From contig JAUPTX010000002.1 of assembly GCA_030917865.1 (NCBI GenBank), positions 40 to 64,039 of the forward strand: DNA of 64,000 bases. The letters are read 5' to 3'. Under the pieces are notes generated by a model. The model made no database searches. It had not been told where the DNA came from and worked only from the letters and a program-made list of their open reading frames with translations. This DNA comes from Patescibacteria group bacterium. Lineage in GTDB: Bacteria; Patescibacteriota; Minisyncoccia; Phycocordibacterales; CSBR16-119. The stretch's first letter is position 1, and the number at the start of each line of letters is the position of its first letter. Shown here in pieces: positions 8,284 to 16,907 of this stretch. The position numbers and the translations under genes were made by a program.

Positions 8284-10306
8284 ATTCTTCTTTTATTCCC
8301 TCAAATTTCTCCCGTAAAACTTTTATTTCATCTCGAAGTATTGCTGCAGTTTCAAAATCTAATTCTTTCACCGCTTCATTCATTTGTTTTTCTTTTAACT
8401 TAATCAACTTTTTAGGATTTTCTGCAAAAAGTTTTTCATCTATCTCAAGTTCTTTTTTCACCGCTTTTTTATGCTGTGAATCCATCGCCTCTGTAATATC
8501 TTTTATTTTTTTGATAATAGTTTTTGGAGTTATTTTATGCTTTTTATTATACGCTTCTTGAACAGACCTTCTTCTGTTTGTCTCGTCTATAGCCTTTTTC
8601 ATGGAATTCGTCACAGAGTCAGCATATAAAATAACGCGACCGTTTACATTTCTAGCTGCACGTCCGATTGTTTGTATTAAAGAAGTTTCAGATCGCAAAA
8701 AACCTTCTTTATCGGCGTCGAGTATACCAATCAAAGAAACTTCTGGTAAATCTAATCCCTCGCGAAGCAAGTTCACTCCAACCAAAATATCAAAATCACC
8801 TTTTCTAAACTCTGTTAAGATTTTTATTCTATCGATAGTCTTAACATCTGAGTGAACATACTCGGCTTTTATTCCTTCATTTTTTAAATATTCAGACAAA
8901 TCTTCTGCCATTTTTTTAGTTAAAGTCGTCGCGATAACTCGTCCGCCTTTTTTAATCTCAGCCTTTGCTTCGCTAATAAAATCTTGGACTTGTCCCTTAT
9001 ACTTTTTACCTTCTATAACTGGGCGGATTTCAAGCGCCGGGTCGATAAGCCCAGTTGGACGCACAATCTGCTCGACTATTTGCTGGCTATTTTCTTTTTC
9101 TTGGTCCGACGGCGTCGCGGAAACATATATCATCTGACCGACACGCTGATTAAACTCTTCATATCGAAGAGGTCTGTTATCTTTTGCAGAAGGTAAACGA
9201 AAACCGAAATCAACCAAGTTTTGTTTTCGAGAAGCGTCACCTCCATACATCGCCGAAAGTTGCGGCAAAGTCACATGCGACTCGTCTATAACAGTTAAAA
9301 ATTCTGGATTGCCATCTTTGTCGTGTGGGAAATATGAGATAAGCGTATCAGGCGCTTCACCAGGAGATTTACCCGAAAGATGTCTTGAATAGTTTTCAAT
9401 ACCAGAACAATATCCAACCTCTTTTATAAGAGCCAGGTCATATTTTGTTCTTCTTTTTAATCTTTCAGCTTCTAGAATTTTTCCTTCTTTTTCTAAAACC
9501 CTAAGTCGGTCTTTTAATTCTGCTTCGATAGACCTTATTGCATTTTCTTTTTTCTCGTCATTTGTTAAAAAGTGTTTTGCTGGGAATATAAAAATATTTT
9601 CTGGTCTGCCTGTAATTTTCGAAGAAACAGGATCGATCTCAATAATCTCAGAAATCTTGTCTCCGTTAAAATTTATCCGGTACATATAGTTTTCTGAAAT
9701 CGGCATGACCTCTACCATGGATCCAATAGCGCGAAACTGTCCTGAATTTAAGTCAGCATTTGTTCGGTCGTAGTGGATAGAGATTAGCCGACGCATGAGT
9801 TCGTTGCGCCCAATTTCTGAACCAACAGAAAGCATCAAATTATTTTGCCTGTATTCTTCTGGACTTCCTAAACCATAAATACAAGAAACCGATGCGACTA
9901 TTATCACATCGTCACGCGTCAAAAGCGACTGTGTTGAAGCATGTCGGAGTCTGTCTATCTCTTCATTTATCTGCGCATCTTTTTCTATATATGTATCGCT
10001 CGCCGCCATGTATGCTTCTGGCTGATAGTAGTCGTAGTAAGAAACGAAATAATGCACAGCGTTTTCTGGGAAAAATTCTTTAAACTCGCTGGCAAGTTGC
10101 GCAGCAAGAGTTTTGTTATGAGCTATAACAAGAGTTGGCTTTTGCACCTTTTCGATAACATTCGCAACAGTAAAAGTTTTTCCAGAACCAGTCACACCTA
10201 ATAAGGTCTGCTTTCGCATACCTTTTTTAAGACCATCCACTAACTTTTTAATAGCTTCTGGCTGATCTCCGGCTGGTTTGTATTCAGACTTAAGTTTGAA
10301 TTTCAT
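8282..10306 (-). CDS. uvrB: excinuclease ABC subunit B
   Basis: N-terminal KPAGDQPEAI...GVTGSGKTFT, helicase motifs, and a C-terminal UVR domain (ETAAILRDEIKVLRE). Confidence 0.95.
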   Translation of the reverse strand: MKFKLKSEYKPAGDQPEAIKKLVDGLKKGMRKQTLLGVTGSGKTFTVANVIEKVQKPTLVIAHNKTLAAQLASEFKEFFPENAVHYFVSYYDYYQPEAYMAASDTYIEKDAQINEEIDRLRHASTQSLLTRDDVIIVASVSCIYGLGSPEEYRQNNLMLSVGSEIGRNELMRRLISIHYDRTNADLNSGQFRAIGSMVEVMPISENYMYRINFNGDKISEIIEIDPVSSKITGRPENIFIFPAKHFLTNDEKKENAIRSIEAELKDRLRVLEKEGKILEAERLKRRTKYDLALIKEVGYCSGIENYSRHLSGKSPGEAPDTLISYFPHDKDGNPEFLTVIDESHVTLPQLSAMYGGDASRKQNLVDFGFRLPSAKDNRPLRYEEFNQRVGQMIYVSATPSDQEKENSQQIVEQIVRPTGLIDPALEIRPVIEGKKYKGQVQDFISEAKAEIKKGGRVIATTLTKKMAEDLSEYLKNEGIKAEYVHSDVKTIDRIKILTEFRKGDFDILVGVNLLREGLDLPEVSLIGILDADKEGFLRSETSLIQTIGRAARNVNGRVILYADSVTNSMKKAIDETNRRRSVQEAYNKKHKITPKTIIKKIKDITEAMDSQHKKAVKKELEIDEKLFAENPKKLIKLKEKQMNEAVKELDFETAAILRDEIKVLREKFEGIKEE

Positions 10307-10334
10307 GTTCGGATTATAACCTTAATTTAAAAAC

Positions 10335-10362
10335 TTGACAATATTTTAAACTTATTATAAAT
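10335..10362 (+). promoter_or_regulatory. sigma70-type promoter (-35 TTGACA, 15-nt spacer, -10 TATAAAT) for the 77-aa GC-rich ORF
   Basis: TTGACA at 10335-10340 and TATAAAT at 10356-10362. Same cTTGACAAt context as the 7753 promoter. Confidence 0.4.
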
Positions 10363-10380
10363 TATAAAAAACAAAATTCC

Positions 10381-10614
10381 ATGGCACAAGAAAAGAAGGA
10401 GCCCACAATGCTCGAAAAGTGTGGAATACTTTTCATTGCCTATAGTGTTGGCGAAAATCTGCCAACACCTAGGACGCTCAACAAGATCATCGGCGAGCTC
10501 GAAGCGGTGAGCGGTCTCACATCAGAAGAGATCCGACAGGTTTATCGCTACGTACAAGAAGAGGCATTCAAGATGTATCTTCCCAAAGAACGTAGAGGTG
10601 TCGGATTCAAGTAA
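10381..10614 (+). CDS. hypothetical small protein (77 aa), GC-rich cassette
   Basis: Complete ORF (MAQEKKEPTMLEKCGILFIAYSVGENLPTPRTLNKIIGELEAV...) bracketed by the promoter above and a GC-hairpin terminator. No family recognised. Confidence 0.4.
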   Translation: MAQEKKEPTMLEKCGILFIAYSVGENLPTPRTLNKIIGELEAVSGLTSEEIRQVYRYVQEEAFKMYLPKERRGVGFK

Positions 10615-10637
10615 GATGGTTCCCTGACACCACACCA

Positions 10638-10668
10638 AGAGCCCCGCATCGCAGGGCTCTCTTTTTTA
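10638..10668 (+). terminator. intrinsic terminator (AGAGCCC-CGCATCGCA-GGGCTCT + CTTTTTTAC)
   Basis: Seen directly. Confidence 0.6.
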
Positions 10669-10711
10669 CAAATACATCTCTTTTACTTTCTCTTCGAGTT
10701 TTTACCCTGAT

Positions 10712-11941
10712 TTATTTTATAGAGTACCCTTTTATAAACTCCTCCTTAAACTCGAAAAATTTATCCTCCAAAATCGCTTCGCGGATTTTGTGAACTAGGT
10801 TTACGATAAAATAAACATTGTGAACTGAAGCTAAAGTGTTAGCCAAAATTTCTTTTGCATGAAAAAGATGCGCCAAATACGCTTTCGTATAATTTTGACA
10901 AGTGTAACACTGGCAACCCTCTTCTATCGGCGAAAAGTCTGCTCTGTATGCAGCGTTTGTAATATGTATTGGTCCGTTTTTTGTATACAAAGATCCGTTA
11001 CGAGCAACACGTGTCGGAGCTACACAATCGAAAAGATCGCATCCATTTTCAACTCCCAAAAACACATCTATCGGGTCTCCGATACCGAGGAGATGCCTCG
11101 GCTTTTCTTCTGGCAGAGATTCATTCACCCACGCCACCGCTGTGCCCATATCGTCTTTGTCAAAAGATCCACCGATTCCAAATCCGTCGAACATGCTTCC
11201 GTTTTCTGTTTTCATTTCCGCTAAAGCTTTCGCAGACTCTTTTCGTAAATCTTCATGTCGTCCACCCTGAACCACCCCAAAAAGAGCCTGGATGTTTTCA
11301 GGATCTAATTTTTCATGAGCAACCAAACTTCTCATCGCCCATCTGTGAGTTCTGTCCATCGCTTCTTTTTGATACTCATGTGTTGCTTGCGGGCTCGTGC
11401 ATTCGTCGAATGCGAAAATCATATCAGCACCTAAATCCCACTGCACTTGCATCGAAGACTCTGGTGTAAATCTGTGCTGGTCGCCGTTTATGTGCGAACG
11501 AAAAGTCACACCATCTTCATCTATTTTTGCTAATTTATTTTTGTTTCCAGTTCCACCATCTTCTACCTTTTTTCTATTTTCATCTCCTGCTTTTGCAACC
11601 TTACTCACATGTTCACCGAAAGCGGCGCCCAATGAAAAAACCTGAAAACCTCCAGAGTCTGTCATTGTCGGACCTTGCCAACCCATGAATTTAGCGAAAC
11701 CTCCCGCCTTTTTTACAAGTTCATTTCCTGGCTGAAGATACAGGTGATATGTATTCGCCAGTACAACTTGTGCACCGAGACTTTTAAGCATTTCTGGCGT
11801 CATCGCTTTTACCGTGGCCTTGGTTCCCACTACAACAAAAGAAGGCGTATTGATTTCGCCGTTTGGAGTAGTTATTTTCCCTGCTCGCCCGAGTTTACCC
11901 GGAAGCTTTTTTTCAATTTTAAAATTAAAATTTTCTGACAT
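10712..11941 (-). CDS. tgt: queuine tRNA-ribosyltransferase (tRNA-guanine transglycosylase)
   Basis: N-terminus GRAGKITTPNGEINTPSFVVVGTKATVKAMTPEM...LANTYHLYLQPG and the zinc site CQCYTCQNYTKAYLAHL. Contains a roughly 40-aa insertion (GDENRKKVEDGGTGNKNKLAKIDEDG). Confidence 0.9.
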   Translation of the reverse strand: MSENFNFKIEKKLPGKLGRAGKITTPNGEINTPSFVVVGTKATVKAMTPEMLKSLGAQVVLANTYHLYLQPGNELVKKAGGFAKFMGWQGPTMTDSGGFQVFSLGAAFGEHVSKVAKAGDENRKKVEDGGTGNKNKLAKIDEDGVTFRSHINGDQHRFTPESSMQVQWDLGADMIFAFDECTSPQATHEYQKEAMDRTHRWAMRSLVAHEKLDPENIQALFGVVQGGRHEDLRKESAKALAEMKTENGSMFDGFGIGGSFDKDDMGTAVAWVNESLPEEKPRHLLGIGDPIDVFLGVENGCDLFDCVAPTRVARNGSLYTKNGPIHITNAAYRADFSPIEEGCQCYTCQNYTKAYLAHLFHAKEILANTLASVHNVYFIVNLVHKIREAILEDKFFEFKEEFIKGYSIK

Positions 11942-12424
11942 TTAAAAATCTTTTATTATAATCTCCGGTAAATCTTTTTTTGAAACTTGTATATACATTA
12001 CTGGTTCAATTTCTTCATAAGACACGGATTCATTGAAATTTATTTCTTTAAAATTTTCTTTTTCAAAAACATATACATAACCAAAAGCATCGTCTCCTAT
12101 TTGATCCATTGTTTCTTTTGTAGCACGAAATTCAAAACTTCCATTATTATTAGAAGAAAAACCGGTTCTCGATTCAAATGGTGCATTTTTTCCATTCATT
12201 ACCGCCATAAATATTGCCGTTTTAGCAAAAGGAGAAGTAAAAACCGCCGGCTCACCATCTGGGATTTTTTCATACTCGCCATTATCTTTTTTTATATGAT
12301 TAAAGGCTTGTCTTGGTTCAAATTTATTAATCTTAAAAGGCGAACCATGAAAAACATATCTTCCTGTTTTTTCAAGATTTTCTAAAATTTGTTTTGGTGT
12401 TTTTTCAAAATTTATATTTTCCAT
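11942..12424 (-). CDS. hypothetical protein (160 aa, soluble) between mreC and tgt
   Basis: Complete ORF tightly packed between mreC and tgt. No recognisable motif. Not MreD-like (not hydrophobic). Confidence 0.5.
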   Translation of the reverse strand: MENINFEKTPKQILENLEKTGRYVFHGSPFKINKFEPRQAFNHIKKDNGEYEKIPDGEPAVFTSPFAKTAIFMAVMNGKNAPFESRTGFSSNNNGSFEFRATKETMDQIGDDAFGYVYVFEKENFKEINFNESVSYEEIEPVMYIQVSKKDLPEIIIKDF

Positions 12425-12426
12425 TT

Positions 12427-13212
12427 TTATTTATCAATTCTCACCTGCACCCATTTTAACTCTTGGATATTTACTGCACTTCTAAACAAAACTGTTTTGT
12501 ATGAATCTCGTGGATCAAAAACAACTTTTTCTACCACACCCACGACGTAGTTGTTAATACTTGGATACAAAAATAGCTGACCTTCTTCTATTTCAAGTTC
12601 TCTTGGAAACTGAATTTCAAAATCCCCCGCACCGCGACCCTTTGCATTAAAATATCTCCCTGTGTTTTCTAGAGTCACCTGAGAAATATATCCTGGAGCA
12701 GAATACAAAACCACTTTTGAGGAATTTTTATCAACACTTTCTATCTCGCCGACAACAACGTTCCCCATAGCAAAAACCAAATCTTCAGGCTTCACGCCGT
12801 CTTCTTCTCCGATATCAATAATTATAGTTCCATATGGCGACCTTGTTGGTTTTGTTAGAATAGTTCCGATTATATTATTATCACCCACAGATCTTAAGAA
12901 AATTTCTTTTAGTGATTCGTTTTCTTTTTCTAATAAAGAAAATTGTGCGAGCTCTATCTTCGCTTCTTCTAGACGACTTTTTAGAATTTCATTTTGTCTG
13001 ATTAAATCTTTTTTTGATGTAAAAACTTCTTTTAAGAAAACATCTCTAAAAGCTATTTCTGTTTTCCAAATTGGTGTAACACTTCTTTCAAAAAAATTTG
13101 ATAAGAAAATTAGCTTACCTTCTCTAAACATAAAAAATAAAAAAACCAAAACCGCGATTAAGATAATCGCAGTATTTCTTTTTTTGTATTTTCTATCTAG
13201 GCGGTAATTCAT
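12427..13212 (-). CDS. mreC: rod shape-determining protein MreC
   Basis: N-terminal TM helix, coiled-coil segment (LKSRLEEAKIELAQFSLLEKENESLKE) and a C-terminal beta-rich domain. Sits immediately downstream of mreB. Confidence 0.8.
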   Translation of the reverse strand: MNYRLDRKYKKRNTAIILIAVLVFLFFMFREGKLIFLSNFFERSVTPIWKTEIAFRDVFLKEVFTSKKDLIRQNEILKSRLEEAKIELAQFSLLEKENESLKEIFLRSVGDNNIIGTILTKPTRSPYGTIIIDIGEEDGVKPEDLVFAMGNVVVGEIESVDKNSSKVVLYSAPGYISQVTLENTGRYFNAKGRGAGDFEIQFPRELEIEEGQLFLYPSINNYVVGVVEKVVFDPRDSYKTVLFRSAVNIQELKWVQVRIDK

Positions 13213-14242
13213 ATTGAGTATCGACTAATATATCTTTATATTTTTCTAAATTCTCTAATATAACTCCAGTACCACGAGCAACGGCGGTTATTGGGTCTTC
13301 GGAAATATGCACCGGCATCTTGATATGCTTTTGGATTAAAGTCGTAAGACCTTTGATCAAAGATCCGCCACCAGTAAGTATTATACCTCTATTCATAACG
13401 TCGGCTAATATTTCAGGAGGAGTTGTTTCCAAAACCTCTTTAACACCTTCAACCAAAATATTTATCGAAGCAAAAATTGCTTCTCGTATATCAGAATCAG
13501 TCACAACAACTTGTCTTGGTAGACCTGTCACCAAATCTCTACCACGAACTTCTATCTCTACCGGTTCTGGAAGAGGCAAAACAGAGCCTATGGCGATTTT
13601 AATATTTTCAGCAGTTTTTTCTCCAATCAAAAGTTTGAATTCATTTCTGAAATATGAAGAGATATCATTATTTAATTTATCACCAGCAATTATTAGATTT
13701 TTAGATTGCACGATACCTCCCAAAGAGATAACAGCAATATCTGTTGTTCCACCACCAATATCAACAATCATAGAACCCACAGGATCATGAACAGGTAAAC
13801 GTATCCCCACAGCCGCGGCCATTGGTTCTTCTACGACGTACACTTCTCTTGCTCCTGCATTTTTCGCAGCATCATAAACAGCTCGAACTTCAACGGAGGT
13901 TATACCTGAAGGCACGCCAATAACAACACGAGGTCTAAAAAACTTTGGAGACATTTTCTCAACTTTATTTAAAAGATAAGAAAGCATTTCTTCTGTTATT
14001 TCAAAATCAGAGACAACTCCATCCACCAAAGGTTTAACGGCTTGAATATGTGGAGGTGTTCGGCCGAGCATTTGTTTTGCTTCGGCACCAATAGCGACTA
14101 TCTGCCCTGTTTTTTTATTAACAGCAACAACAGAAGGCTCTGATAGTACAATACCTCGGCCTTCTAGATAGACCAAGGTGTTGGCTGTACCCAAATCAAT
14201 ACCAATATCGTTTGAAAATAATTTATAAAGTTTTGAAAACAT
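13193..14242 (-). CDS. mreB: rod shape-determining protein MreB (actin homologue)
   Basis: IGIDLGTANTLVY, DIGGGTTD and the actin-fold motifs of MreB. Confidence 0.95.
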   Translation of the reverse strand: MFSKLYKLFSNDIGIDLGTANTLVYLEGRGIVLSEPSVVAVNKKTGQIVAIGAEAKQMLGRTPPHIQAVKPLVDGVVSDFEITEEMLSYLLNKVEKMSPKFFRPRVVIGVPSGITSVEVRAVYDAAKNAGAREVYVVEEPMAAAVGIRLPVHDPVGSMIVDIGGGTTDIAVISLGGIVQSKNLIIAGDKLNNDISSYFRNEFKLLIGEKTAENIKIAIGSVLPLPEPVEIEVRGRDLVTGLPRQVVVTDSDIREAIFASINILVEGVKEVLETTPPEILADVMNRGIILTGGGSLIKGLTTLIQKHIKMPVHISEDPITAVARGTGVILENLEKYKDILVDTQYELPPR

Positions 14243-15479
14243 AATCTTTTAATTCTGAAATTAACTCTTCTTTTGAAACAATTCTTCCTTTTTCATCTTT
14301 TCTGTATTTTATTTCATACCCTCCCTCTTCAAGACTTCTTTTACTTACAACAACACGAAGAGGAATTCCAAACAAATCAGAATCTGCAAATTTTTCTCCA
14401 GCCGGAGCTTCTCTGTCGTCTAGCAACACTTCTACACCAGAAGAATTAAGCTCGTTGTAAATCTCTTCTGCTTTTTCATTTTCCCCTAAAGAGATTAAGT
14501 GAACATGAAAAGGACTAACTTCTTTTGGCCAGATTATTCCTTTTTCGTCAGATAAAACTTCTACGATAGTTCCCATAAGTCTTGAAGGTCCAATCCCATA
14601 CGAACCCATAAAAACTTTTTGCTCTTTTCCTTCTTCATCTTTGTAAACAAGATTTATAGGATCTGAAAATTTTGTTCCAAGTGTAAAAATATTTCCAACC
14701 TCTACCGCTTTTTGTTCAACCAAATTTTCACGACTCACACCAAGATCAGACAAAACCTCTTCGTTTAAAACTTCTTGGTTGATCGCAATACCCTTATCTT
14801 CATCAACATAAATAGTATCTTCTCCTGCAGAAGTTATTGTTTGAAATTCATGAGAGTACTTTGAAAAAGTTCCACCCGAAGCAAATGTCATATAAGTCAA
14901 ATGACCTATTCCAAGTCTTTCATAAACTTTTTTGTAAGCTTTTTGCACTTTTTCATAAAAAGAATTGTGCTCTTCTTCGTTCTTTGAAAAAGAATACATG
15001 TCTTTCATCAAAAATTCTCTTCCACGCATTACGCCAGATTTAGCACGAGCTTCATTTCGAAACTTTGCTTGAATTTGATAAACACAAACAGGCAAATCTC
15101 TATAAGAGTTTATGTGATTTTTTAACATTTCAGTTATCGGCTCTTCGTGAGTAAAGCCAAGCCCAAGCTCTGTTTCATTTTTAAGTTTTGTTTTAAACCA
15201 ATTATCCACCACATCGTCAGACCAGCGTCCAGACTTTTGCCAGACATCAGAATCCTGAAGAACCGTCATTTTGATTTCTTGTCCGCCGACAGCGTCCATC
15301 TCTTCACGAACGATATTTGAAATTTTATTCATCACGCGAAGTCCAAGTGGTAAATATGAATAAACCCCAGCCATCTCTTTATTAATAAATCCACCTCTGA
15401 TTAAAAGCTCAGCGTTTTTTGACACTTCGTCGGCTGGAGCCTCTTTTCTTGTTTTTATAAATAGTTTTGATTGTTTCAT
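14223..15479 (-). CDS. proS: prolyl-tRNA synthetase (short form without an insertion/editing domain)
   Basis: The N-terminus (KLFIKTRKEAPADEVSKNAELLIRGGFINKEMAGVYSYLPLGLRVMNKISNIVREEM) aligns to the ProRS N-terminus. Class II motifs and a C-terminal anticodon-binding domain. 418 aa. Confidence 0.85.
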   Translation of the reverse strand: MKQSKLFIKTRKEAPADEVSKNAELLIRGGFINKEMAGVYSYLPLGLRVMNKISNIVREEMDAVGGQEIKMTVLQDSDVWQKSGRWSDDVVDNWFKTKLKNETELGLGFTHEEPITEMLKNHINSYRDLPVCVYQIQAKFRNEARAKSGVMRGREFLMKDMYSFSKNEEEHNSFYEKVQKAYKKVYERLGIGHLTYMTFASGGTFSKYSHEFQTITSAGEDTIYVDEDKGIAINQEVLNEEVLSDLGVSRENLVEQKAVEVGNIFTLGTKFSDPINLVYKDEEGKEQKVFMGSYGIGPSRLMGTIVEVLSDEKGIIWPKEVSPFHVHLISLGENEKAEEIYNELNSSGVEVLLDDREAPAGEKFADSDLFGIPLRVVVSKRSLEEGGYEIKYRKDEKGRIVSKEELISELKDYVFKTL

Positions 15480-15480
15480 C

Positions 15481-15600
15481 CGGTTAGAGGCAGGTCACGG
15501 TCACCCGATTTTCTGCCATAGGTTAATTTATAATAAAACTTTAATTTTCTAATTCCAGTTTAGAGTTTATATTTTAGTGACCGCGGCCTCTAACGGGATT
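15481..15600 (-). promoter_or_regulatory. long imperfect inverted repeat in the proS leader whose downstream arm abuts the start codon (possible regulatory structure)
   Basis: Arms CCCGTTAGAGGC-CGCGGTCAC and GTGACCG-TGACCT-GCCTCTAACCGG separated by about 75 nt of AT-rich loop. The downstream arm ends 0 nt from the proS ATG. Confidence 0.3.
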
Positions 15601-15643
15601 CATAAGGCTTATAATACTTTAAAATTCCTTTTTTTGCTATATT

Positions 15644-15672
15644 TGACAAAACACTATTTATATGATAATATA
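15644..15672 (+). promoter_or_regulatory. sigma70-type promoter (-35 TTGACA, 17-nt spacer, -10 TAATAT) for the 77-aa ORF at 15700
   Basis: TTGACA at 15644-15649 and TAATAT at 15667-15672, in the context aTTTGACAAa. Confidence 0.4.
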
Positions 15673-15699
15673 TAGAAGAACCTGAACAAATTAGAAACA

Positions 15700-15933
15700 A
15701 TGAGCTACTACTCCTTCATCTTTCGCATTCAGTACCTGTCTGCCCAAAAAGTGGTCATGACTGAGTTTACGTCCAACACCTTAAAATCAATTGATTGCTC
15801 AACGCTATCACATCTAAGAGATATGATAGCCTTGGAGCTTGGATCAACTGAGAAAAGGGCGTCAGCCAGTCAAAGAATTGGAAAAATGGTTGACAAGGTG
15901 GAGGTTGATCTGGTCAGCCACTGCAAGATCTGA
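15700..15933 (+). CDS. hypothetical small protein (77 aa), GC-richer cassette inside the 680-bp proS-rpsB gap
   Basis: Complete ORF MSYYSFIFRIQYLSAQKVVMTEF... with its own promoter and terminator. No family recognised. Confidence 0.35.
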   Translation: MSYYSFIFRIQYLSAQKVVMTEFTSNTLKSIDCSTLSHLRDMIALELGSTEKRASASQRIGKMVDKVEVDLVSHCKI

Positions 15934-15953
15934 ACATGTGAACCATTGAAGTA

Positions 15954-15986
15954 GACCTCGGCCAAGCGCTGGGGTCTTCTTTTTTA
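15954..15986 (+). terminator. intrinsic terminator (GC hairpin ending GGGGTCTTCTTTTTT)
   Basis: GACC..GGTC stem with a CCAAGCGCTGG core, followed by TCTTCTTTTTT. Confidence 0.5.
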
Positions 15987-16161
15987 CCCCTTGAAAAAAA
16001 CCTCATTTTGTAGTAAAGTATCGTTTGTCTGTAAGTAATCCGCCTTGGTCAAAAACCCCGGCAGATGCCCTCCCTAGTCAGGAGCGGTCAAACGAAAGCA
16101 ATTAAAATAACAAAGCTTTTGTGCAGATATAGAGCCTAAATTACAGGGTAAATTACAAATT

Positions 16162-16833
16162 ATGTCAAAACAAAATCTACAAGAAATGATTGACGCTGGT
16201 GTACACTTCGGATACACAAAAACTCGAAGACACCCAAGCGCAAAACCTTTTATTTTCGATACGAAAAACAAGGTTGATCTAATCGATATAAACAAAACAG
16301 AAGAAATGCTTAAAAAAGCTTCTGAGTTTATGGCGTCTCTAGGAAAAGACGGAAAGAAAGTTCTTTTCGTTGGAACAAAAGCTGAAGCTAAAGATTTAGT
16401 TAAAAATTCAGCAGATAAACTAAGAATGCCTTTTGTTATAAGCCGATGGATTGGTGGAACATTAACAAACTTTGGAGAAATCAAAAGAAGAGTTGATGTT
16501 TTAACAGATCTTAAAGAAAGAAAAGATAAAGGTTTACTTGAAAAATACACAAAGAAAGAACAATCTGATTTCGGAAGACAAATCAACAAAATGGAAGGAT
16601 ACTTTGGAGGCCTTGTTGGTATGGAAAGAAAGCCAGACGCTATCGTGATCATCGATGTTAAAAAAGAAATAAACGCTTTCAGAGAAGCAAAACAACTAAA
16701 AATCCCAGTTATCTCAATCTCAAGCACAGACTGTGATATCAGTGAAGTTGATTATCCAATATTGGCTAACGACGCAGCTATCTCAAGTCTAAAACTTCTG
16801 CTAGACAAACTAACAGAAAGTTATTCTGCCTAA
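16162..16833 (+). CDS. rpsB: 30S ribosomal protein S2
   Basis: MIDAGVHFGYTKTRRHPSAKPFIF...LFVGTK...ISRWIGGTLTNF. Confidence 0.95.
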   Translation: MSKQNLQEMIDAGVHFGYTKTRRHPSAKPFIFDTKNKVDLIDINKTEEMLKKASEFMASLGKDGKKVLFVGTKAEAKDLVKNSADKLRMPFVISRWIGGTLTNFGEIKRRVDVLTDLKERKDKGLLEKYTKKEQSDFGRQINKMEGYFGGLVGMERKPDAIVIIDVKKEINAFREAKQLKIPVISISSTDCDISEVDYPILANDAAISSLKLLLDKLTESYSA

Positions 16834-16841
16834 CTTTAAAT

Positions 16842-16871
16842 ACCGTCTTTCGTGTTAAAATGAAAGACGGT
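16842..16871 (+). terminator. 10-bp perfect hairpin after rpsB (ACCGTCTTTC-loop-GAAAGACGGT); attenuator or terminator before tsf
   Basis: Seen directly, followed by a T-rich stretch. Encloses the ORF-track start codon at 16860. Confidence 0.45.
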
Positions 16872-16907
16872 ATTTCAAACATTAAAAATAGTTCATTTAT
16901 TTTATTT

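Noticed and set aside
10859-11938. Stack of plus-strand ORFs inside tgt (10859..11224, 10969..11469, 11397..11645, 11675..11938)
   Set aside because: They are antisense to the conserved tgt gene. Their length reflects the moderately higher GC of this conserved enzyme gene, not coding potential.
15481-15700. T-box riboswitch upstream of proS
   Set aside because: I searched the leader for the T-box consensus (AATTAGGGTGGNACCGCG) and for a specifier loop with a Pro codon, and found neither. The inverted repeat is reported as a generic structure only.
16074-16727. 217-aa minus-strand ORF antisense to rpsB
   Set aside because: It overlaps the unmistakable S2 gene, and its composition (Ser/Phe/Leu-rich) is typical of antisense frames of AT-rich genes.
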